64,000 nt of DNA from positions 1,302,001 to 1,366,000 of the forward strand of contig CAJINV010000008.1 in the NCBI GenBank assembly GCA_905178155.1, read 5' to 3'. Made by a program: the position numbers and the translations under genes. Below are positions 37,768-48,108 of the stretch, piece by piece. Source of the stretch: Amoebophrya sp. A120. Its lineage: Eukaryota > Protista > Dinoflagellata. The notes under the pieces are model-generated. The model was not told the DNA's origin. It searched no databases and saw only the letters and a program-made list of their open reading frames with translations. The first letter of the stretch is position 1; every line of letters starts with the position of its first letter.

Positions 37768-39154
37768 GTCGTGTGGCACTGCTGGCAGTGCCAGTCAGTG
37801 TCCTCACATTCATCCTCTCATCGCATGCTTTTATTCCCAGCCTGCTAATGTTTTGAGATCATGACCACCTACATCTTCCCCACTGTTGGTGGGCGTTCGT
37901 ACCGGAAACAAAGGCAGAAATTTGGTTGAGATGACCTGTGTCTCTTGTGTGCCGGACGAAAGCTGTGTCGCACTACAAGCAGCAACAGCCAGTGTCCTGC
38001 TTATTTCTATTTGTGCTGCAGCACGAATGTTTCGATCTTCTCACTGTAAGATGTAGTGACGACCAGCTGATATTTCTTTTTGCTTGATATTTCCCTCTTG
38101 TGTATACGCTTGAAGGAGGAGCGAGGAATAGCTATTTATGTATAAAAAGTTGTTGTCAAAAATACCATTAATTTCCATTGTTTTGTCTGAGCGCTTCATC
38201 TGGAGTACTGCTGTATGTCAGTAAAAGCACGCATTTCCATTTGTAGATAGTGACTTGGTTCAAATCCTTAGGAAGTATTGTGTTTTGAGGCACGCGCACG
38301 TAAAGCGCAGCTCCAGCTCTGCCTCTGCCCGATACACGCATGAGCGGCTACCGACGAGGGTTCGAGCAAAGCCGGAATGTAGCACTAGTCAGCTAATAGT
38401 AATATGTTCTTCACCTCATGCCAGGATTGTGTTAAACTTGAAATTACGGTCGAAGTGAAACAATATCCATCGGTACTTAAAGATACGCGTCTGTGCAACT
38501 ACGAAGCTTCTAAAAGCGATTTCGGTTTCGCAACGTATTGAAGATTTCTCGTCGGTACGTGCAATGTATGTCACCAGCATCGTTTCGTTATCGTTCAATT
38601 CCCGTCCTTTGGAAGAAGTAAGTCAGAGCTAGACGCCGGTAGTAAGTGCCGCGCGACGGCGATCGTTTTCGGTATTCATGATCTCGGTCGTAAGCATCTT
38701 CTGCTCGCAAAGCGGACTTGCTCGCAACGCTTACAACTTAGCTAGTAGCTCTCTCTTTTGTAGTTTTCCGCACTTGAAGGTGTCATATGCTTTGTCGTCC
38801 GTCTCCGTGCGAGTGTAGTAGCGCGGCTGAAACATCAGCGACACCCACAGTTGCCGGTAAGCACTGTGGCAGAAGATTTTTTACCCGGTTACAAACAATG
38901 ACTGCAACCGTTAACAGGTTCCCTTGAAGATATGGTAATTTTTAAACGAATCACGATCTCTCTCACGGAAAAACCCCCTATTTCATAGTTGACCCCGCAC
39001 GAGGACTTCAGGTTGAGTTCCCACACAGACACAGCCCGTGGACCGTGGTGCGAGTTCTTCTACATTATCTTCCCTTTCGCTGTTACTTCAACTTGGGTTC
39101 TTTTCTTGTTCCTTTTATCTAAGTCTAAATGTTGACCTTGAGCAATAAATTGCA

Positions 39155-42100
39155 ATGGTAGTGCGAGCCCCTGAAAGCTCAGAAATGGGCGATCCGCCCC
39201 CTGCCGCCGGCAGTGGTGCGAGCCCCGAGAGCCTAGACATGGTTTTTGAGGATGTGGAGGAGATGGATTTGAACCTGGTAGAGGTGGAGGTGTCCTCGCG
39301 CAACATGGGCTTAGGCACAGCACCCTCTCCGGAGCAGGTGCAGCAACAGGCGCCGGCTCTCAGCAACCGCAACCCGTCCATCGAGCAATCCTCGCCCGAG
39401 CGGACCTTTACTCCGACCGTGCAGCCGACAGATGTTGACGCAAGTAGAACTACGCCTGTCATCAACATCTCTACGTCCATTTCCGGACCTGAGGTCGCCG
39501 CAACTACGCCGACTGCCGTGGTGGAGCCTGCTGCTAGTCCGAGATGTGGAGCAGAGGACCTCCTTGAATGGAGTGCGGGTCTCGGGGAAGATGGCGACAA
39601 GGCTGCGTCAGTGGTGCAAAGCCGCTATCGCAACAAGAAGAAAAACCAAAACGAACCAGACGCAACATCGGGACCAGGAGGAGCTCCGACATCTACACCT
39701 CTGGTGCTCGATCTCGAACAAGTCGAGCCCGAGCCTGCAGCGAGCAAAGGAAGTGCCGTAATTGCTCCGACAACTACCGGTCAAATAAACGTCGAGCAGG
39801 ATGAGGAAATGCTAGGTGCCGCTTTCTTTTTGTCGCCAACAGGTACAACGACCGGCGTGCTCCTGTCGCAGGCGCCGGCAACTACTCCTAGTACCCCTTC
39901 GCCGCCAAGATTTTTAGCCTCAGAGAACACAATAGGCAGGGGTGATGCTGCTACTGCCAACCAGCAGGTGTTGGCAAGCGATCCGCAAATGACGAGCGAT
40001 CTGCAGGATTGGTCGCAAGCCCTGGGAGAGAAGGGCGATGACGCAGCGCGCTCAATACAAAAGCGGTACCGAGACAAGAGCAGAGTCGACGAGGCCCCGG
40101 TTGAGGCAAACGGGAACGCATCTGCAGAGTCACTAGCGCCGACCGGCGGGGACGCTGGCACCGCACCTAGTCAAACTTTAGCATCCGCATTCGCGGAGCT
40201 TGAGGCAGCGGGTGCTAGTACCGCCAAGCCAGCTGCAGGGACAAAGATTCCAAGCATTCAGACGGAAAACCTTCTGCGCGAGCTCGAGGCAGGTCTGGAA
40301 GATACTTCACCCTTAGGGGATGTTGATATGGCCGTGCTGGAGAGAAAAATTTCCGGAGTTGCGCCAGAAACCGCGGGACTGGTGGAGCAGGTACAAATGA
40401 TTTTTTTTTTTTCATGCCCTTCTTATGTCTAGAAAAAAAAAATCCAATAGAAATTCTCCAACGCCCCAATAGAGATTCTCCGTATAGAGAATCTCCCGCG
40501 TCGAATCTATCGGCTCCCGCTTTGTCTTCGGTTGCGTCTGCTCTTCGCCTTCGCCTGGCGCAAAGAAAAGCTGTCGACCTTCCTCTGGCGCAAAAGCCCA
40601 CTCTCGCTTGACTTTTTCAAAATGCTCTTTTTGTTCCGTGCCCATGGACGGGGAAAAAAGTTCCTGTGCATGTTTCGGCCTCTGGGGGTTCAGCTTTTTC
40701 ATTCTTTTTTTGCCCGCCGTCAGTTGCGGGGAAAGAAAGAATAATTCCGCACCGACCTGGCGGCCGGCGTAGGGGAAATTGAGAATATTGCGCACACTGT
40801 GCGCGCGCGGGCTTCTTTTTGAGCGGCCAAACGCTCTTGCTCGCCGATGCGCGGCATCTGGCGGCGTGGCGGCAATGAAAAAAATTTCTGCGCGCTGCGT
40901 CGCGGGGGCTTTTTCTTGTGAGCAGCCGGGCGCTCCTTTTCGCCGGCCCGCGCACCACATCAATCTTGCGGCGTGCTGGTATCGAAAAATAAATATGCGC
41001 GCCGTCGCCAGCGCGCCGCGCTTTGTAGCGATGCGGGATCGAATTCAAAAAATTTTCGTGCGCTGCGCGCGCGCGAGTTTGTTTCTCGGAGCGGCCGCGC
41101 GCTCCCGTTGCATGCCCGCGCGCCGCGCTTGGTGGCCATGCGGAATCGAATTCAAAAAATTTTTGCGCGCTGCGCGCGCGCGATTTTGTTTCTCTTAGCG
41201 GCCGCGTACTCCCGTTGCCCGCGCGTCGCGCTTGGTGGCCATGCGGAATCGAATTCAAAAAATTTTCGCGCGCTGCGCGCGCGCGAGTTTTTTTTCTTTG
41301 AACGGCCGGGCACTCCCACCGCCCGCGCGTCGCGTTTGGTAGCGGTGTGGGATCGAATTCCAAAAAATTTCGGGCGCTGCGCGCGCAAATCCTTTTCTTT
41401 GAGCGGCCGCGCGCTTCCGTTGCCCGTGCGCCGCGCTTGGTGGCCATGCGGAGTCGAATTCAAGAAACTTTCGCGCGCTGCGCGCGCGCGAGTTTTTTTT
41501 TTTTGAGCGGCCGCGCACCCCCGTCGCCCCCCCGCGCGCCGCGCTTGGTTGCGATGCGTGTTGAAGTGAATTCAAAAAATTTTCGCGCGCTGTGTGCGCG
41601 CGAGTTTCTTTCTTTGAGCGGCCGGGCACTCCCACCGCCCGCGCGCCTCGTTTGGTGGCGGTGTTGGATCGAATTCCAAAAAATTTCGCGCGCAGCGCGC
41701 GCGCGCGTTTTTTTTCTTTGAGCGGCCGCGCACCCCCGTCGCCGGCCCCCCCCCGCGCGCCGCGCTTGGTGGTGCTGCATGTGGAAGTGAATTCAAAAAA
41801 ATTTCCCTCGCTGCGCGCGCGCGAGTTTTTTCCTCTGAGCGGCCGGGCACTCCGATCGCCCGCGCGCCGCGTGTTGTGGCGGTGTGGGATCGACTTCCAA
41901 AAAATTTCGCGCCCTGTGCGCGCGCGAGTTTTTTTCTCAGAGCGGCCGCGCACCCCGGCCGCCCGAGCGCCGCGCGTCCCTGGTGGCGATGGGTATGGGG
42001 CCGAATTCAAAAAAATTTCGCGCGCTGCACGCGCGCGAGTTTTTCTCTCTGAGCGGCCGCGCACCCCCGTCGCCCGCGCGGCGCGCCTGGTGGCGCTGGA

Positions 42101-45100
42101 TGCGGAATCGAATGCAAAAAGTTTTTGCGCGTCTTTTTCCTTGGCCGGTCGCGTATTTCCGTACGTCGCCCGCGCTTCGCGCTTGGTGGCGATGTGGGGT
42201 CGAACTACAAATTTTTTGCGCGCTGCGCGCGCGCTTTTTCTTCTACTGGGCGGCCGCACACTTCTTTGCGCGCGCCACACATGGTGGCGCGTTTGCTGGG
42301 ATTGAAAAAAAGTTCTCGCGCATTGTGGTCGCGCGCGCGGAGTGCGGAGGGGATGGGTTAAATTCTCTCGCGCGGGCTGCAGCCGTGCGTCGTGGTTGGA
42401 TCGATGGAATGGGATAAATTCTCCTGCGTTCTTGCGCGTCTGGTGTCCGTTTTTTCGAGCAGGCGGCGCGCGCTCCTTTTCGTGCGCCGCGACCCCCCGG
42501 CGTTGTTTGCGGGAATGAAAAAAAAAACTCCTTGCGCTCCGCCCGCCTGGGCTTTTTCTTTCGTGCTGGCTGCCTTTTTCTGCGCGCCGCACCTAGGCGG
42601 CGGCGGACCGACGTTGTGGGGGCCAAAAAAAAATTCGCGCGCTGCGCGCGCGGGCCACCTCTCGGGCAGGCGCGTGGGTGCTCTCGCGTGCCGTGTCTGG
42701 CGCCGTGGGTGGGAGGCCGCTAAGTGGGTCCATCAAAGATTTTCGAGGAGCGCCGCGCGCTCCTACGTTATCGCGCGCCACACCTAGCTGGTGTGGGCGT
42801 GCGTCGCGAAGTTAATCGTGCGGGCTGCCGCTAGACGGCCGGGCTGCGCCCAGGCTTTGCAGGCTAGCCAAGCCTTGGTTGAGAGGCTGGCAGACTAGCA
42901 CCCAGGCTTTGCAGGCTAGCAAAGCCTGGGTGCCAGGCTGGCAGGCTAGCAAAGCCTGGGCGCCAGGCTGGCAGGCTAGCAAAGCCTGGGCGCCAGGCTG
43001 GCAGGCTAGCAAAGCCGGGGTGCCAGGCTGGCAGGCTAGCAAAGCCTGGGTGCCAGCAGGCTGGCAGGCTAGCAAAGCCTGGGTTGCCAGCAGGCTGGCA
43101 GGCTAGCAAAGCCTGGGTGCCAGCAGGCTGGCAGGCTAGCAAAGCCGGGGTTGCCAGCAGGCTGGCAGGCTAGCAAAGCCTGGGTTGCCAGGCTGGTAGC
43201 CAGGCTTCCTGGGTTGCTGGCTGGCAACCTAGCATCTCAGATAGAGAATCTCTATCCCAGATAGAGATTCTCTATCCCAGATGGAGAATCTCTATTTGGG
43301 ATGGAGAATCTCTATTTCGGCTTCGCCACTGGTGGAGGAGCTGCTGAAATATAGTAAAAAACATGTGGGAAAACAGTAAGAAACAGAAAAAGAAGAAAAA
43401 AGAAAGAAAAAGAAAGAAAGAAGAAGAAAAAAGCGATACGCTTTATCGAGAATTTCTATTTTCCTCAGAGAATCTCTATTTCAAATAGAGATTCTCTGAG
43501 ATTTTCTATTTCGAGAGCCTTGATCATTGCTGTATCGATCTCGTATTGAATGCCACTGACGTGGTGTCGTAGTTTCTTCTGCCTTGTTGATTTCTACAAC
43601 TCATTCTTGTTTTCGGCGACACTGGTGCACGTCCAACTCAGTCACTGGTTGTGCCAGTAGCTCCTCTGCCGATTGACGATACGACTGGTCGGAAACAGTG
43701 CGGCCGCTATAATGCGTCTTTAGCGTGTTGTTCTTGCTCTTGGTAGAAGTTACTTTTACCTATCAACATCATCGGTTATTTATGATTGTTTGTCCTCGTA
43801 TTCAAATCTTGCAGGCGGTTCCAGCCCCACCAGCCCGGTTAGCAGAGCTTCCGCGCGCGACGGCCAATACCCCCTTACGTGAGGATTCCGGATTTGTCGA
43901 GCAGCCATCAACGCTCCAGGAGCCGCGCACGCCGCGGGCACCAATGACTCCGCGAACCGTCCAACTCGTACCCACGGCCCCACCACGACCTCTGGTTCCC
44001 GCCATTCCGCGATGGACCACGTTTCAGGACTAGCAAATGTCAAAATGTCTGGGTCTGGAAGGATGCAACTTGTGATCCTGTATTTGGATTCCAAAAAAAT
44101 CTGTAGTGCATGAGTAGCAAACGGAATGCAATTTTTGCTACGCTGAGAAGGCATTTGTCATGCGGAATAGGCATCAAGAAGCCCTCAGGAAATCTGTATT
44201 GCTAGGGCGTGCATCGCAGACATCATGGCTCATGCAAGACGTGCGTCACAAGTTTCAGAATCTTCCAGACCCAGACATTTTTACAGTTGATAAGGACCAC
44301 GCAAGTACGAAAACGACCGGAGCTTTGTACACGCCGCGGGACCGGTATGGAAGCGTCAGGTTTGAAATCGTCAAAGTTGAAAAAATTTCTCATGCATAAA
44401 ATGGATGCCAGTTGGAACCCAGTTTCTACGTGGCGCAAGACAAATTTCGGTGGTCCCTAAATCCGCTTTGTCATGCTGTTTGGGCAAAGAAGAGCGATTT
44501 TCTCATGCTATTTTAGCAGCTCGAGCTGTAACCCCAAACAGGCTTACAATCGGCCTCACTTGCCTGCTCTGCAACGCACGTGCCTCGGGTCATGCATTTT
44601 ATGCATTGCAAATTATTTCAACTCTGACGATTTCAAACCTGACGCTTCCATAACCGGCTGGCCCGACGCCGCGTGTACGCCAATCGGCTGCGGAGTGACA
44701 TGTTCTCGGATTTGAAGGCGGGCGGCAACCGAGTGCAGCCGGTGTCTCGAGACTTTCTGCTGCGGCCGCGGTTTTCGGTGGAGGCGCGGTCGCCCATGGT
44801 TCCGCAGTGGACCCCTCCAGTCCTCCGAAACTACCACGGCGGCGGCTATGCGCCCACCGCCCCAACTACGCCACCCGCAGCGGCGGTCCCCGCCTTTCGC
44901 AGTCGCCGCAGCATGCTGACGAGCGGTGGCGAGCAGCCTGAGCCTCGGTCGCAGCGTGGAATGACAAGTTCTTCGTCCCCGCGCCCCGATAATTTGGTTC
45001 TGGTTCGGGATAACGTAATGGTCGCGGACACGCGCGCGCACGCAGCCGCACTGCGTATGAACGTGCAAATCAATACCGAATTCGACAAGAACTCGCGGCC

Positions 45101-45635
45101 CATCCCGATCGGCAACAACCCCTGGATGGTGTACTCGACGCCGAGACGTAATTACGCCACGACGGCCAGCTCCGAGTCCCCGACGCGCAGTCTCTCTCCG
45201 CGCGCGACGCGCACAAGTGCCGATCGCGCCCGGGATCGGGAAGACGAGCAGCTGAAGGCGGAGAAGGCGAAGGTGTTTACTCGCAGAATGCGGCAGGAGC
45301 AGCGCCTGCTGCTGCAGCGCCAGCAGTTGGTCCTTCCGCCGCTCCCGCGACCGCCTCTCGCTTCCGCAGTGGTTATCCTGGATACAAAGCCAGGCTATAC
45401 GGTCGCCGCTACCGCAGTGCCAGCGTCAGCCAGGGGCGCGAGTTCTTCTCTGGCCGGACGACCTGCAAGCCCGAGCGCGCGACACCGCCCTGCGTCTGCC
45501 AATCGTGGCCGCGTCTTCAAAGTCGCCTCTCGTTTTGAGTGGAACCCTCAGCGACCGGATGAGGAAGGCGTGATTCTAGTGGACCTGCAGGAACCGGCTG
45601 AGAATGTTGAAATCTTACAAGTTATCAACAGCTAG
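39155..45635 (+). CDS. IQ-motif (calmodulin-binding) protein, multi-exon, interrupted by a satellite-filled intron and two introner elements
   Basis: Two repeats carry IQ motifs: DLLEWSAGLGEDGDKAASVVQSRYR and DLQDWSQALGEKGDDAARSIQKRYR. Donor CAG|gt at 40391. Downstream exons 43814-44030, 44298-44345 and 44658-45635 join in frame. Linkage across the large intron is inferred. Confidence 0.6.
40980..42330. repeat. ~105-bp satellite, about 12 copies, with A-tract / (CG)n / T-tract architecture
   Basis: The unit GAATTCAAAAAATTTTCGCGCGCTGCGCGCGCGCGAGTTTTTTTCTTTGAGCGGCCGCGC...CTTGGTGGCCATGCGGAATC recurs at ~41041, 41148, 41251, 41356, 41456, 41568, 41670, 41789, 41891, 42003, 42110 and 42202. Confidence 0.93.
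42848..43205. repeat. 30-33-bp minisatellite CCAGGCTGGCAGGCTAGCAAAGCCTGGGTG, about 10 copies
   Basis: Tandem copies are directly visible. Each unit is self-complementary (CCAGGCT...AGCCTGG) and there are no unique spacers. Confidence 0.95.
43238..43512. repeat. Clusters of the quasi-palindromic motif ATAGAGA(A/T)TCTCTAT, also present at 40447-40510
   Basis: Four copies at ~20-bp spacing in 43240-43317, further copies in 43448-43512, and related copies near the other end of the large intron. Confidence 0.85.
44031..44292. mobile_element. Introner-like TIR element, 262 bp, 5-bp TSD AGGAC, within coding sequence
   Basis: Left end TAGCAAATGTCAAAATGTCTGGGTCTGGAAG; right end CTTCCAGACCCAGACATTTTTACAGTTGATA. 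AGGAC at 44026-44030 and 44293-44297. Removal joins WTTFQD to HASTKTTG in frame. Confidence 0.92.
44346..44652. mobile_element. Introner-like TIR element, 307 bp, ~60-bp TIRs, 5-bp TSD ACCGG, same family as 24669..24909
   Basis: Left end TATGGAAGCGTCAGGTTTGAAATCGTCAAAGTTGAAA; right end TTTCAACTCTGACGATTTCAAACCTGACGCTTCCATA. ACCGG at 44341-44345 and 44653-44657. Removal joins ALYTPRDR to LARRRVYANRL in frame. Confidence 0.94.
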
Positions 45636-46502
45636 CTGCAGTTCATTGGCATGATCGCGGATATTTTTCTTGATGGAGTTTCCTGCAGGTCGTAGTTGTC
45701 CTGCGCACTACTTACTTTTTTTTTGAACGTGCTGGGTGGAGTGACTTCACCTTGTATGACGTCACGTCGGGGAGAGGACTTTATTCACGAATAAAGCACA
45801 TGTGTCACAAGAAGTCTAGAAGTAGTAGAGTACATGATTTCCACTTCGTCGATGAATATTTTGTCGTGTATTTCCTCTGAACATTTTCCAAGAAAAAAAA
45901 TATGAGTCTCAAGAACAAGAACAGTTACAGTATGTACAATTAAAGAACAAAATCGCTCGCAGCCGTCTCGGACCAGTATTGGTAAATGAGACGACGACTC
46001 TCTCCTGAAAAGTATCATTGTAATTATGCATCATCACACGAATAGGCTCGATGGTACCTTTCTCTTGCCTCTAATTTCGAAACGGATTCGCATACATTCC
46101 TAAGCAGAAAAAAAATTACGGTGTCGCTACCTTCTACTTGCGAAGGTTGGGAAGATTCATCTCACCGGAATGATACATGCCGCTTGTTCCTGTTCTTGAT
46201 CGTGTTGCTCTAGTCAAAAAAGGATTATGCTGCAGCTACTTCTGCAAGACATTCGTTCTCATATGAGTCGCAGCTGAAGAAGCAAGAGCGATGAGACAAC
46301 ACGAGCTGTGAGAGCGACTCATTCTTGAATCACCTAGAAAAGTGATATTTGCACAGGTTCAGTAATATTTTTCTCGCAGTCGTGCTGCCACTAGAAGGAA
46401 GGAGAGGCTCTTACGACAGTTCTGGAGGGATCTTAATAGACATGGTTTAGTTGTAGGTTTAGATTGTACAACAACAAACACACTGCAAGAGAAAGTGTGA
46501 TC

Positions 46503-47237
46503 ATGGTGGCTGACCGGCACACGACGAGTTCTAGTTCGGACTCTGGTCCAAAACGGCTTTGGTCCCCCGTGCGAAGGACTGCGACGGGGGCAAACAAGCA
46601 CCGAGCACCGGCAGACTTGAAGAAGATCAAAATCGCGATCCTCGGCGATTCGCTGACGGGAAAGAGCGCTTTGTGCAGTTACTTTGCGGAGAGAAATGGA
46701 TCCAATTTGCAGAAGCACTACTTCAACATTAACTCGGCCATGGGGGCGGCATTCAAGGCGCGCACAATAGGGGTAGACCTGTGCGCTTTTCAGGTGGACA
46801 AAGACCAAGTCCGCAATGCGCGGAACGGCGGGGGTCGGACGAGTACGGGCGGGGGTGCGGAGGGACCGTCCCGTTTTCTACAGGTGAACATTTGGGACCT
46901 GGGGGGAGGCCACGACTTTGGCGAAATCCGGACGGAATTCTACAAGGAGGCTCAGCTGATCGTCTTGGTGTGCGACGCAACAGACCGTCGGTCCCAGCTC
47001 AATCTGGAGAAATGGCGACAGGAGGTACTCGCGTCCGGAGCGGACAGCGGAAGCTACTCGGTTTGCGTTGTCGCAAACAAGTGCGAAGAGCTACAAGGCC
47101 CGATAGCCACTGCAAGCGCAGTTACCGACGCGAAGCAGTTCGCCGCTCAGCACCGCATGCCGATTTTCGAGGTGTCCGCGGTAAAAGGCACCAACATGAG
47201 CATGCTCTTGGAATACTTCATCCAACAGTGCGGATAA
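46503..47237 (+). CDS. Ras-superfamily small GTPase, most like the RJL (DNAJC27 GTPase-domain) family
   Basis: P-loop GDSLTGKS; G3 region VNIWDLGG lacking the catalytic Gln; IRTEFYKEAQ resembles the RJL-type VRNEFYKD motif; G4 ANKCE; G5 EVSAVKG. Intronless. Confidence 0.8.
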   Translation: MVADRHTTSSSSDSGPKRLWSPVRRTATGANKHRAPADLKKIKIAILGDSLTGKSALCSYFAERNGSNLQKHYFNINSAMGAAFKARTIGVDLCAFQVDKDQVRNARNGGGRTSTGGGAEGPSRFLQVNIWDLGGGHDFGEIRTEFYKEAQLIVLVCDATDRRSQLNLEKWRQEVLASGADSGSYSVCVVANKCEELQGPIATASAVTDAKQFAAQHRMPIFEVSAVKGTNMSMLLEYFIQQCG

Positions 47238-48108
47238 GGCACCACGGGCGTAGTTGCGTTCGGCAGTGTTAGTTATAGTTTCTTCATGCGCTGGAGGGAA
47301 AATAAACGAGGATAGAAAGGACGTTCATCAGAAGCACTAAATGAAACTTCTACTTGACCACGTCTCGCGTTCGTTTCCCTCCCCGTTTCAACATGCAGTC
47401 TAAACCGCGTTTCGATTTTCAATTTATCTGAAAGCTCTTCAAGCTTTTTATTGAGCTGCGCGCGAATGTATCTGCAAAGTGCAGTTGCATGCTCAGCCTC
47501 GTCTGTGCGAATTTTTCCAAAGATAATAGGAACTACCTCCGAGGACGAGGACGTGATCCTTTTTGAGCAACACGTAGCTGAAAGCGTTTAAGGAAAGTGA
47601 GACAGTAGTAGAGACGAGATCGACTGAGTACGAGTAGAGAGCACACCATGAACAACGTACATGATCAGGTTGGCACCCAGACGAAAAATGCCTGGGGCCT
47701 GAGGAGAGTCGGAGAGAAGTCAGGAGCGAGTGATAGGAAAACAAAAATGCAACAAGCGCGTGCCTGGTATTGCCTCGGCCGAGTAAAAAACTGTGATGCA
47801 GCAATTGCTCGCTTCTCCTATTTCTTGCCGTGTGCGTCAAAAACAAAATGCTTGAGGTTTCGACTAGTAGAGAGCGTGTCAATCAATTCGTATGTAATTC
47901 ATTTTTTCTTCGCTCGTTGCAGTTCGTCCTTCTAGTTCTACGTGATTTTCACCTTGTGTGATGTCCCCGGTCGCTTTTCTTTCATTTTGTAGAATTTTGT
48001 AGTCAGTCACTGAAAAATGCTATCGAGCAGGTGCTTCAGAGTCGCAGCTTAGAAGAAGTAGGACTTACTTTTAGTACAAAACCACATCACAAGTTTGGAA
48101 AAGTAGCG

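Noticed and set aside
40412-43142. Arg/Ala-rich ORFs on both strands
   Set aside because: They derive from the 105-bp and 30-bp satellites.
40980-43205. Possible CRISPR array
   Set aside because: Whole units repeat without unique spacers, there are no cas genes, and the context is eukaryotic and intron-rich.
46263-46322. 9-bp inverted repeat ATGAGTCGC/GCGACTCAT
   Set aside because: Short, without a TSD, and expected by chance in 64 kb.
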